Shown here piece by piece: positions 48,069-57,861 of a stretch of DNA of 64,000 bases. The DNA lies in NCBI GenBank assembly GCA_035513215.1, contig DATKCK010000005.1:45733-109732 (forward strand), read 5' to 3'. This DNA comes from Gammaproteobacteria bacterium. GTDB taxonomy: Bacteria > Pseudomonadota > Gammaproteobacteria > Steroidobacterales > Rariloculaceae. The position numbers and the translations under genes were made by a program. Numbering within the stretch: the stretch's first letter is position 1; every line of letters starts with the position of its first letter. The notes under the pieces were generated by a model. The model worked only from the letters and a program-made list of their open reading frames with translations, had not been told where the DNA came from and ran no database searches.

Positions 48069-49964
48069 ATGCGCAAACGACATTCGATGGTTCGCCTTTT
48101 GAGCGGCGCTCTCCCGGCGCTCGTCGCGCTGATCGTCCTGGAGCCGGTTGCCGCGCAGGAGGCGAGGAGCGCCAACAAGCCGGCTCTGCACGGCAGTCAC
48201 TGGATGGCCATCGCCGGCAAGCCGCTGGCGGCGACGGCCGGCGCGCTCACGTTCGAGCGCGGCGGCAACGCGGTCGATGCGGCCTGCGCCATGCTCGCGG
48301 CGTCGGCGACGATGTGGGATACGCTCGGCTGGGGCGGCGAAACTCAGGCGCTGATTCACGATCCGCGTACTGGCGAGGTCGTAGCGATCAATGCGCTCGG
48401 CATGGCACCGTCCGGCGCGACGCCGGAATTCTTCCTCAGCATCGGCATGACGCGGCCGCCGGGTCTCGGGCCGCTCGCGGCAGTGACGCCCGGCACGCCC
48501 GGCGGCCTGCTCGTCATGCTGGCCGAGTACGGCACGCTCTCGCTCGAGGAGGTGCTCGCGCCGGCGCTCGAGATGGCTCAAGGCTATGCGATCGAGCAGA
48601 ACACGGCCGAATCGATCAACGAGGACCGGCAGGTTCTCGAGCAGTGGCCGGATTCGGCGCGCGTCTTCCTCCCTCACCGCGACGACAGCAGCGCACACGC
48701 GGGACCCGCGCCCGGCGAGGTCTTTCGCCAGCCCGATCTTCACGCGACGCTGACGAAGCTCATCGAGGCCGAGCGGGCCGCGCTTGCCGACGGCCGCTCG
48801 CGGCGCGACGCGATCATGGCCGCCTACGAGCGGTTCTATCGCGGCGACATCGCCGACGAGATCGCGCGTGGCGTCCAGGACGCCGGCGGTCTCATCACGC
48901 GCGAAGATCTCGCGAACTGGCAGGTATATATCGAAGAGCCGGTCAGCACGAGCTACAAGGGCATCGACGTCTACAAGCTGACGAGCTGGGTTCAGGGCCC
49001 CGTCATGCTCCAGATGCTGAACATGCTCGAGCCGCTCGAGCTCAGGATCATGGGCCACAATTCGCCGCGCTACGTGCACGCGCTCTATCAAGCCATGAAT
49101 CTCGCTTTCGCCGACCGTGACTTCTATTACGGCGATCCGTACTTTCCGCCCGAGGAGCCGCTTCGAGGCCTCCTGTCCCGTGACTATGCGCGCGATCGAG
49201 CGGCGACGATCGACTGGGAGCGCAACGATCCGTCCGCCGGGCCCGGCGATCCCTATCCCTACCAGGGCGAGACGAACCCGTTCGCGGATCTGTTGCAGCA
49301 GTGGCAGCCGAGAGTGCAGACGCGGCGTCAGGCAAGCCTGCCCGGCGAGAACGGCAACCTCAGCGAGGACGAGGCGTTTCTCGCCGGAACGACGTCGATC
49401 CAGGCGGCCGACGCTGACGGCTGGCTCGTCTCGATGACACCGAGCGGCGGCTGGCTGCCGGCGTTCGTTGCGGGCAGGACGGGCATCGGGCTGTCGCAGC
49501 GCATGCAGTCCTTCGATATGAGTCCCGACGACAGTCCGTTCAATGTGGTCGAGCCCGGCAAGCGTCCGCGGGCGACGCTGTCGCCGAGCATCGCTCTCAG
49601 GGACGGGGAGCCTTATCTGGCGTTCTCGGTTCAGGGCGGCGATTCCCAGGATCAGAATCTGCTCCAGTTCTTTCTCAACGTCGTCGAGTTCGGCATGGAC
49701 GTGCAGCAGGCCAGCGAGGCGCCGAACATCAACAGCTATCAGATGCACAGCTCATTCGGTGCGAAGAACAGCGAGCCGGGACGCCTCGTGCTGCGTGCCG
49801 ATTCGCCCGCCTGGGTCCAGCGGCAGCTCTTCGGCATGGGCTACGCCGTCGAGCTCTGGGACAAGACTTCGGGGCCGATTACCGCGATCGAGATCGACGC
49901 CGAGAGCGGGACCTTCTGGGGCGCCGCCAGCGATTACGGCGACGATTACGGCATCGGCTGGTAG
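48069..49964 (+). CDS. Gamma-glutamyltransferase-family (Ntn-hydrolase) protein, exported
   Basis: Signal peptide ...LLSGALPALVALIVLEPVAA. GGNAVDAACAM. Autoprocessing-site-like AGTTSIQAADADGWLVSMTPSGG. C-terminal ...GTFWGAASDYGDDYGIGW. Confidence 0.8.
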   Translation: MRKRHSMVRLLSGALPALVALIVLEPVAAQEARSANKPALHGSHWMAIAGKPLAATAGALTFERGGNAVDAACAMLAASATMWDTLGWGGETQALIHDPRTGEVVAINALGMAPSGATPEFFLSIGMTRPPGLGPLAAVTPGTPGGLLVMLAEYGTLSLEEVLAPALEMAQGYAIEQNTAESINEDRQVLEQWPDSARVFLPHRDDSSAHAGPAPGEVFRQPDLHATLTKLIEAERAALADGRSRRDAIMAAYERFYRGDIADEIARGVQDAGGLITREDLANWQVYIEEPVSTSYKGIDVYKLTSWVQGPVMLQMLNMLEPLELRIMGHNSPRYVHALYQAMNLAFADRDFYYGDPYFPPEEPLRGLLSRDYARDRAATIDWERNDPSAGPGDPYPYQGETNPFADLLQQWQPRVQTRRQASLPGENGNLSEDEAFLAGTTSIQAADADGWLVSMTPSGGWLPAFVAGRTGIGLSQRMQSFDMSPDDSPFNVVEPGKRPRATLSPSIALRDGEPYLAFSVQGGDSQDQNLLQFFLNVVEFGMDVQQASEAPNINSYQMHSSFGAKNSEPGRLVLRADSPAWVQRQLFGMGYAVELWDKTSGPITAIEIDAESGTFWGAASDYGDDYGIGW

Positions 49965-49982
49965 ACCGTCCGGGACGTTCGA

Positions 49983-50456
49983 GTGGCATTTCTCGAATGG
50001 CTCCAGTCGACGCGCGTGGCCAGCTTCGTGGCGGAAACGCTATGGGCCTATCCGCTGTTCGAGACGCTGCATACGCTCGGCATGGCGCTTCTGATCGGAG
50101 CGCTCGGCCTGATCAATCTCAGGATTCTCGGATACAAGAGAGAGTTGCCGATCGTCGGCACGCTCGATCTGCTGCCGCTGGCCTGGCTCGGCTTCAGCGT
50201 CAACCTCGTGTCCGGCCTCGCCCTTTTTACTTCCGATGCCGTCTATTTCTGGAGCAGCATCACTTTCAAGATCAAGCTCGGGCTGATCGTGCTTGCCGGT
50301 ATCAACGCCTTCGTGCTGAGCCAGTCGGTGTTTCGTGAGGCTCGCGCGGGCGGGACCGCGGCGCCGGGCGCGCCGGCGAAGCTCGTCGCCGGGGCTTCGC
50401 TCGTGCTCTGGGTCGGGGCGATCGTCGCCGGCAGGCTCATCGCCTACCTGCCATAG
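49983..50456 (+). CDS. Four-TM membrane protein of unknown function, paralog A (157 aa)
   Basis: MAFLEWLQSTRVASFVAETLWAYPLFETLHTLGMALLIGALGLINLRILG... Collinear similarity to the next gene. Confidence 0.6.
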   Translation: MAFLEWLQSTRVASFVAETLWAYPLFETLHTLGMALLIGALGLINLRILGYKRELPIVGTLDLLPLAWLGFSVNLVSGLALFTSDAVYFWSSITFKIKLGLIVLAGINAFVLSQSVFREARAGGTAAPGAPAKLVAGASLVLWVGAIVAGRLIAYLP

Positions 50457-50464
50457 GACCAGGG

Positions 50465-50938
50465 ATGGAGTTCTTCGCCTGGCTGGAATCGACGGCGATC
50501 GCGCAAGCGATTCGCACGGTCCCGTGGATTTATCCCGCGCTCGAGACGGCGCACTATATCGGGCTCGCGATGCTGGTCGGCGGCATCATGCTGATCGATT
50601 TGCGTCTGCTCGGACTAGCGCGAAGGCTCCCGTTGAGACCGGTGATCGGGCTGATTCCCTGGGTCTGGGCGGGATTCATCGTCAACGCCGTCAGTGGCTC
50701 GCTGATATTCGTCTACGGCGCGACGAACTTCAGCGGCAACACGGCGTTTCGGATCAAGATGGTTCTGATGCTGCTGGCCGGCGTCAACGCGATGATCTTC
50801 ACGATCGCCGCGGCACGAGGCGGGCGGACCTGGCTCGATGCCGCCAGCGTGCCGGCAACGATCAAGGCGATTGCGACCGCATCCTTTGTGCTCTGGCTCG
50901 GCGTCCTGACTCTGGGACGCTGGATGGCCTATATCTGA
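50465..50938 (+). CDS. Four-TM membrane protein of unknown function, paralog B (157 aa)
   Basis: MEFFAWLESTAIAQAIRTVPWIYPALETAHYIGLAMLVGGIMLIDLRLLG... Same length and TM layout as paralog A. Confidence 0.6.
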   Translation: MEFFAWLESTAIAQAIRTVPWIYPALETAHYIGLAMLVGGIMLIDLRLLGLARRLPLRPVIGLIPWVWAGFIVNAVSGSLIFVYGATNFSGNTAFRIKMVLMLLAGVNAMIFTIAAARGGRTWLDAASVPATIKAIATASFVLWLGVLTLGRWMAYI

Positions 50939-50982
50939 GCTTGAAAACCGCCCGAAAGCCCCGCTATCGACTGGTCGGCGGC

Positions 50983-51834
50983 ATGCGTATGCCGATGGGC
51001 TTTCCGCCGGAGGGCCTTGAATCCGTTTCGGAATTCGTTGCCGAGGACGGCGACGTCTTCGTCGTCAGCTACCCGAAGTCGGGCACGACCTGGCTTCAGT
51101 ACATCGTCCACCTGCTGATCAGGGGGCAGGCGCTCGGCCCCGACGAATCGCTGAGCGCGGCGTTTCCGCACCTGGAGGAGGTCGGCGCCGCCGCGTTCGA
51201 TTCCCTGCCGCGTCCGCGGCTGATCAAGACGCATCTGGCGCGAGCAATGACGCCATACTCAGAGGCCTGCCGCTACCTGGTTATCGTCAGAAACCCTTTC
51301 GATTGCGCGGTGTCGTTCTTTCACCATACCCGCGGCTTTCCGCGCCACTACGACTTCGCCGACGGCAGCTTTGCCGAATTCTTCGAAAGCTTCATCGCCG
51401 GAGAGGTCGACTTCGGGGATTACTTCGAGCATCTCGTCTCATGGCTGGCCGAGGCCGATCGCGACAACGTGCTTCTACTGACGTACGAGGGCCTGACGAT
51501 CGATCCCGCCAGCGGGATTCGGCGAATCGCGCAGTTTCTGGGAACACGAGCCCTGGCGAGCGTATCGACGGACGCGGCACTCGCCCGCGTGGTCGACGAG
51601 ACGAGCCTGACCTCGATGCGGCGCGATCAGCAGCGCTGGTCGAGCGCGCGACCGGCCTGGGCGCCGGCTTTCGTGCGCCGCGGCGGCGTCGGCGACTGGC
51701 GTTCGCTATTCACGCCGCGCCAGGCGCGGGCGCTTCTGGCAAAATTCGAGCGGCGGCTGGCCGGCACCGGGATCGGTGATCTCTGGGCCGACGTGCTCGC
51801 CCACGCGCGGGCCTTCGCCGAGCTGGAACCCTGA
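50983..51834 (+). CDS. Cytosolic-type (SULT-like, PAPS-dependent) sulfotransferase
   Basis: 5'-PSB loop SYPKSGTTWLQ, 3'-PB motif VIVRNPFDCAVSFFHH, C-terminal FVRRGGVGDWRSLFT. ATG at 50983. Confidence 0.8.
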   Translation: MRMPMGFPPEGLESVSEFVAEDGDVFVVSYPKSGTTWLQYIVHLLIRGQALGPDESLSAAFPHLEEVGAAAFDSLPRPRLIKTHLARAMTPYSEACRYLVIVRNPFDCAVSFFHHTRGFPRHYDFADGSFAEFFESFIAGEVDFGDYFEHLVSWLAEADRDNVLLLTYEGLTIDPASGIRRIAQFLGTRALASVSTDAALARVVDETSLTSMRRDQQRWSSARPAWAPAFVRRGGVGDWRSLFTPRQARALLAKFERRLAGTGIGDLWADVLAHARAFAELEP

Positions 51835-51862
51835 GACCGAGAGACTGCCAGGAGGTTTTGCC

Positions 51863-52162
51863 ATGGACGCCGATACTAAGACTGCTCTCGACGCCGCCGT
51901 GTTGCGGCGTCTGTTGTCCCATCTCGACCGGCGGCGCGACGTGCAGAACATCGAGCTCATGATTCTGGCGGGCTTTTGCCGCAATTGCCTCAGCAACTGG
52001 TACAAGGAAGCGGCCGACGAGCAGGGCATCGACCTTGATCTGAGCGAAGCGCAGGAACGGATCTACGGCATGCCGTATGCCGAATGGAAGGAGAAGTTCC
52101 AGGCGCCCGCGACCGCGGAGCAACTCGAGAGATTCGAGGCGGCGCGCGCCAAGCAGGGCTGA
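51863..52162 (+). CDS. DUF1244-domain protein
   Basis: DVQNIELMILAGFCRNCLSNWYKEAADEQG...ERIYGMPYAEWKEKFQ matches the DUF1244 pattern as I recall it. Confidence 0.7.
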   Translation: MDADTKTALDAAVLRRLLSHLDRRRDVQNIELMILAGFCRNCLSNWYKEAADEQGIDLDLSEAQERIYGMPYAEWKEKFQAPATAEQLERFEAARAKQG

Positions 52163-52180
52163 AACGGCTCCGGCCGTCGT

Positions 52181-53179
52181 TCAGAAGCGACGTCTGGCCG
52201 CAAACTCGGCGAGCGTCTTCAGGCCATCGCGGAAAGCGGAGCCCGGCAGCGCATCGAGCGAGCGGATCGCCAGGGCGGCTTCCTCTTCGGCGCGCTCTGC
52301 CGTATAACGGAGGCCGCCGGACGTCTGGATCGCAAGCTGGATCGAGCGCAGGTTTTGCGCGCTACCCGACTCGATCGCCTCGCGAATCAGGTGCCGTTCC
52401 GCCGCGCTGCCGTGATTCATCGCATAGATCAACGGCAGCGTCGGTTTGCCGTCGGCCAGATCGTCGCCGATGTTCTTGCCGAGCTCTTCTGGCTCAGCAT
52501 CGTAATCGAGCGCATCGTCCACGAGCTGAAATGCCCGGCCCAGATGACGGCCGTAATCGGCCAGAGCCTGCTCGACCGGCGCGTCCTGGTGGGCAAGGAT
52601 GGCGCCGAGTTGCGCGCCGGCTTCGAACAGCTTGGCCGTCTTGCGGTAGATCACTTCCATGTAATCTCTTTCGGTGATGTCCGGATTGTTGCAGTTCATG
52701 AGCTGCAGCACCTCGCCCTCGGCGATCGTATTGGTCGCATTGGCGAGCACCTCGAGGACGCGGAGATCCTGCAGCTCGACCATCATCTGAAACGAGCGCG
52801 AGTAAAGAAAGTCGCCGACGAGAACGCTGGCCTGGTTGCCGAACAGGGAGTTGGCCGTTTCCTGCCCGCGCCGCAGCCCCGAATTGTCGACCACGTCGTC
52901 GTGCAGCAGCGTTGCCGTATGAATGAACTCGATGATCGCCGCGGCCGGGATGGGGTCGTCCGTGTCGCACCGGCAGGCCCTTGCGGCGAGCAGCACTGTC
53001 AACGGGCGCAGGCGCTTGCCGCCGTGGTGAATGATGTGATGGGCGACCTGGTTGACGAGGGCGACATCGCTGCCGAGCCGCTTGAAAATCAGCCGGTTGA
53101 CGTTTTCCCAGTCGTCCCGGATGAGCTCGCGCAGTCGCGTCAGCGGCTCGTCGTGAGACCTGATTTGAACGAGAGGCAT
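52181..53179 (-). CDS. ispB: Octaprenyl-diphosphate synthase
   Basis: GGKRLRP, first DDxxD LLHDDVVDNSGLRRG, second AFQLVDDALDYD. Divergent from rplU as in many gammaproteobacteria. ATG at 53179. Confidence 0.9.
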   Translation of the reverse strand: MPLVQIRSHDEPLTRLRELIRDDWENVNRLIFKRLGSDVALVNQVAHHIIHHGGKRLRPLTVLLAARACRCDTDDPIPAAAIIEFIHTATLLHDDVVDNSGLRRGQETANSLFGNQASVLVGDFLYSRSFQMMVELQDLRVLEVLANATNTIAEGEVLQLMNCNNPDITERDYMEVIYRKTAKLFEAGAQLGAILAHQDAPVEQALADYGRHLGRAFQLVDDALDYDAEPEELGKNIGDDLADGKPTLPLIYAMNHGSAAERHLIREAIESGSAQNLRSIQLAIQTSGGLRYTAERAEEEAALAIRSLDALPGSAFRDGLKTLAEFAARRRF

Positions 53180-53307
53180 GGCGCCATGATGCCTCAACGG
53201 CCTGGCGTTTGGCGAGTACGCCCGAATTGACCTCTGGACCCGCGAGGCCATAGAATTCCGCCCCTTCCGGCCGCTAGACTCGAGCCGGGAGGTTCTGGAG
53301 AATCCTC

Positions 53308-53622
53308 ATGTATGCAGTGTTCAAAACCGGCGGCAAGCAGTACCGGGCCAGCGAGGGCGACCGCTTGCGCATCGAGAAGCTCGACGCGGCCGTTGGCGAC
53401 GAAGTGGAGTTTGATCAGATTCTGCTCGTCGGAGAGGGCTCCGAGCTCAAGGTCGGCGCGCCGACGGTCGCCGGCAGCAAGGTGGCGGCGAAGGTCACGG
53501 CCCATGGCCGGGCTGCGAAGATCCATGTGGTGAAATTCAAGCGACGCAAGGGCTACAAGCGACAGTATGGGCACCGGCAGCACTATACCGAGGTCGAGAT
53601 CACCTCGATCTCGGGCGCTTGA
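53308..53622 (+). CDS. rplU: 50S ribosomal protein L21
   Basis: [25 protein letters not shown]...[10 protein letters not shown]. Confidence 0.95.
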   Translation: MYAVFKTGGKQYRASEGDRLRIEKLDAAVGDEVEFDQILLVGEGSELKVGAPTVAGSKVAAKVTAHGRAAKIHVVKFKRRKGYKRQYGHRQHYTEVEITSISGA

Positions 53623-53640
53623 GCCGGCAGGGAACGAAGC

Positions 53641-53895
53641 ATGGCACACAAGAAAGCAGGCGGCAGCTCGAAGAACGGCCGCGATTCCGAATCCAAACGG
53701 CTCGGCGTCAAGCGTTACGGCGGGGAGCAGGTCGTTCCCGGCAATATCCTCGTGCGACAGCGCGGCACCCGCTTCCATCCTGGCGTCAACGTCGGTCTCG
53801 GCCGCGATCACACGCTCTATGCGAAAGCGGCCGGGCGAGTCGTATACCAAAATAAAGGGCAAAAGAGCCGGACCCACGTCAGCGTCATCAGCTGA
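53641..53895 (+). CDS. rpmA: 50S ribosomal protein L27
   Basis: [29 protein letters not shown]...[15 protein letters not shown]. Confidence 0.95.
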   Translation: MAHKKAGGSSKNGRDSESKRLGVKRYGGEQVVPGNILVRQRGTRFHPGVNVGLGRDHTLYAKAAGRVVYQNKGQKSRTHVSVIS

Positions 53896-53913
53896 CCGGG
53901 TCAGCGAAGCTGA

Positions 53914-54948
<1,035 letters not shown>

Positions 54949-54958
54949 GAATCCTCGC

Positions 54959-55222
54959 TCAGGCCATCGCCTTCAGGAGGACATTGAGGCGGCTCTTGTA
55001 GTTGGCAGCGCGGTTCTTTTGAATCAGGCCCTTGCTCGCCGCCCTGTCGATCTCGGGAACGGCCGCTTTGTACTCGGCGCTCGCGGCCTCCTTGTCGCCC
55101 GACTGAATGGCCTTCAGCACGGACTTCATTCTCGTACGCATGCGCGACTTCAGCGCGACGTTGTGCATGCGTCGCTCTTCGTTCTGTCTGGCGCGCTTCT
55201 TTGCCGATTTGATGTTTGCCAC
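54959..55222 (-). CDS. rpsT: 30S ribosomal protein S20
   Basis: GTG at 55222. (M)ANIKSAKKRARQNEERRMHNVALKSRMRT... Confidence 0.9.
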   Translation of the reverse strand: MANIKSAKKRARQNEERRMHNVALKSRMRTRMKSVLKAIQSGDKEAASAEYKAAVPEIDRAASKGLIQKNRAANYKSRLNVLLKAMA

Positions 55223-55290
55223 GCTCGATCCCGCCGCTGAAAAGGGCGGTATTATTCGGAGCCCGCCGGGGCAAGTCAAGCTGATCGCCG

Positions 55291-56892
55291 ATGAATCGAA
55301 CGCCAAGCTCCAAAGATGCCGGCCAGGACGGATCCGGCTCCGCCGGGCTGATCCGATCGACATCGGCAGTCGGTTCGATGACATTGCTGTCACGCATCTC
55401 GGGCCTCGCTCGCGAGATCGTGTTCGCCCGGCTCTTCGGTGCCGGGCCGTTCATGGACGCGTTCTTTTTTGCGTTCAAGCTGCCGAATCTGCTGCGGCGT
55501 TTCTTCGCCGAAGGCGCGTTCTCGCAGGCTTTCGTGCCAGTGATCGCCGAATTCCGGGCGACCCGCTCCGCCGAGGAGGCGCGCGAGCTCGTCGCGCGCG
55601 TCTCGGGCACGCTGGCGCTGACGCTCTTCGTGGTCTCGCTCGCCGGCGTCGTGGCTGCGCCCGTGCTCGTATTGATCTTCGGCACGGGCTTTGCGACCGG
55701 CGATGGTCCGGTCGAGCTCGCGACGCAGATGCTTCGCTTCACGTTCCCGTACATATTCTTCATTTCGCTGACGGCGATGGCGGGAGCCGTGCTCAATACC
55801 TGGGGCCGGTTCGCCGTGCCGGCATTCACCCCGGTGCTGCTCAATCTCGTGCTGATCGCGGCCGCGATCTGGCTTGCGCCCCGGCTCGGCGAGCCGACAC
55901 TCGCGCTCGCCGTCGGCGTTTTCGTCGCGGGTCTGGTCCAGCTTCTCTTTCAGCTTCCGTTTCTGATCAGCGCGGGTCTCTTGCCGAGGCCGAGGCTCGG
56001 ATTCGCGCACGAGGGAGTCAGACGGATACTCAAGCTCATGCTGCCGATCATATTCGGATCCTCCGTCGCTCAGATAAACATCCTTTTCGACACATGGATT
56101 GCGACGTTTTTGGCCGCGGGCAGCATAAGCTGGCTTTATTACTCCGATCGGCTCGTCGAGTTTCCGCTCGGCGTGTTCGGCATCGCGATCGCGACCGTGA
56201 TTTTGCCGACGCTGTCCTCGCATCATGCCCGGGAATCCCGCGAATCCTTCTCCGCCACGATCGACTGGGCGCTGCGCTCCGTGCTGCTGATCGCACTTCC
56301 GGCCGCCGTGGCACTCTTCTTGCTCGCCGAGCCGTTGCTCGCCACCCTCTTTTTCGGGGGCGCCTTCGTCGCGTTCGACGTCGAAATGGCCGGCGCGAGC
56401 CTGATGGCGTTCGCACCCGGCCTGCTCGGATTCATTCTGGTCAAGATTCTCGTGCCGGGCTATTTCTCGCGCCAGGACTCGAAGACGCCGGTAAAGATCG
56501 CGGTCAAAGCGCTCGTGCTCGGCATGGTGCTCAACGTCGTATTCGTGCTGACGCTGATCGAGACCGGCTGGGCGGCGCCGCACGTCGGGCTTGCCGCGGC
56601 GACGACGCTCTCGAGCCTCGCCAACGCGGGGATGCTCCTGCACGGCCTGCTGGCCGAATCGGTGTATCGTCCTCGGGCCGGCTGGCCCGGTCTGTTTCTC
56701 CGCGTCGGTATCGCGACTCTGGTCATGACGGCGTTTCTCGTCTGGCTGCTCGGCCTGACCGGAGACTGGATCGAGATGCAGACCGGAACCCGCATCCTCT
56801 GGCTCGCGATCTCGGTCATCGGCGGCGCCGGCGTCTACTTCATCGCCGGCTGGATCGCGGGCTTGCGACCGGCCCAGTTCAGGATTCATTGA
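55291..56892 (+). CDS. murJ: Lipid II flippase MurJ (MviN)
   Basis: ...SMTLLSRISGLAREIVFARLFGAGPFMDAFFFAFKLPNLLRRFFAEGAFSQAFVPV... and 14 TM helices. The N-terminus is ~20 aa longer than I expect, so the start is uncertain. Confidence 0.9.
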   Translation: MNRTPSSKDAGQDGSGSAGLIRSTSAVGSMTLLSRISGLAREIVFARLFGAGPFMDAFFFAFKLPNLLRRFFAEGAFSQAFVPVIAEFRATRSAEEARELVARVSGTLALTLFVVSLAGVVAAPVLVLIFGTGFATGDGPVELATQMLRFTFPYIFFISLTAMAGAVLNTWGRFAVPAFTPVLLNLVLIAAAIWLAPRLGEPTLALAVGVFVAGLVQLLFQLPFLISAGLLPRPRLGFAHEGVRRILKLMLPIIFGSSVAQINILFDTWIATFLAAGSISWLYYSDRLVEFPLGVFGIAIATVILPTLSSHHARESRESFSATIDWALRSVLLIALPAAVALFLLAEPLLATLFFGGAFVAFDVEMAGASLMAFAPGLLGFILVKILVPGYFSRQDSKTPVKIAVKALVLGMVLNVVFVLTLIETGWAAPHVGLAAATTLSSLANAGMLLHGLLAESVYRPRAGWPGLFLRVGIATLVMTAFLVWLLGLTGDWIEMQTGTRILWLAISVIGGAGVYFIAGWIAGLRPAQFRIH

Positions 56893-57818
56893 TGCAACTC
56901 GTTCGATCGGTAACGGCCTGCGCGCCGCAATTGCGTGCTTCCCGCGTGCTGACGATCGGCGCTTTCGACGGCGTGCATCTCGGTCATCAGGAGATCTTTC
57001 GTCAGGCGCTGCATATCGGGGCGGAACGGCGGCAGCCGCTCGCGGCGTTTTGTTTCGAGCCGACGCCGTCGGAGTTCTTCGCCCGCGGCGAGCCGCCGGC
57101 GCGGTTGACCTGCTTTCGCGAACGCTTCGAGCAACTCGACGCCATCGGCATCGATGAGCTGATCTGCCCGCCGTTTCAGGCCGTCAGCTCGATCGAGCAT
57201 TCCGGATTCGTCAGGGATGTGCTCGTCGGGCAGCTCGGCGTAAGCCATATCGTCGTCGGTCACGACTTTCGTTACGGCGCCGGCAGAGCCGGCACGGTCG
57301 AGACGCTGAGCGAGGCCGGCGCGGCACACGGGTTCGGCGTGACCATGGTGGATCCCGTTTACGCCGCCGGCGAGCGCATCAGCAGCACGAGGATCCGCGA
57401 GGCCCTCGGCCGCGGCGATCTCGATTCCGCCGCAAGCATGCTCGGCCGCGACTATTCGATGTCGGGCCGCGTCGTCCACGGCCTCGGCCTCGGTCGCGAC
57501 CTCGGATTTCCCACGGCCAACGTCAACCTCAAGCGGCGCAGGGCGCCCGTCGACGGCATCTTCGCGGTTCGCGTCGACGGTCTCCGCGAGCCGTCGCTCG
57601 CCGGGGTCGCGAGCGTCGGCAGCCGCCCGACCGTCGGCGGCGGCAAGACCCTGCTCGAGGTATATCTCTTCGATTTCGATACCAGCATTTACGGCGCCTA
57701 CATCACCGTGCGCTTTCAGAAGCGGCTTCGATCCGAGCATCACTTCGGCTCGATTGCAGCCTTGCAGGAGCAGATGCGTGCCGACGTCGTGGCCGCCAAG
57801 GCTGCGCTCGGTGGGTGA
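56892..57818 (+). CDS. ribF: Bifunctional riboflavin kinase / FMN adenylyltransferase
   Basis: LTIGAFDGVHLGHQ, C-terminal kinase block GFPTANV...GVASVG.RPT...LEVYLFDF..IYG. The ATG shares one nt with the murJ TGA. Confidence 0.9.
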   Translation: MQLVRSVTACAPQLRASRVLTIGAFDGVHLGHQEIFRQALHIGAERRQPLAAFCFEPTPSEFFARGEPPARLTCFRERFEQLDAIGIDELICPPFQAVSSIEHSGFVRDVLVGQLGVSHIVVGHDFRYGAGRAGTVETLSEAGAAHGFGVTMVDPVYAAGERISSTRIREALGRGDLDSAASMLGRDYSMSGRVVHGLGLGRDLGFPTANVNLKRRRAPVDGIFAVRVDGLREPSLAGVASVGSRPTVGGGKTLLEVYLFDFDTSIYGAYITVRFQKRLRSEHHFGSIAALQEQMRADVVAAKAALGG

Positions 57819-57861
57819 ATCGCGTAAACTCTCGCGCCCTGAATCTCAAGTCCCTGTCTCG

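Noticed and set aside
46635-49748. A 1037-aa ORF on the minus strand.
   Set aside because: Only the C-terminal 470 aa (from the ATG at 48047) look like RarA. The N-terminal ~567 aa are Arg/Ala/Gly-rich low-complexity sequence lying antisense to a well-supported GGT-family gene. This is a typical GC-rich antisense ORF.
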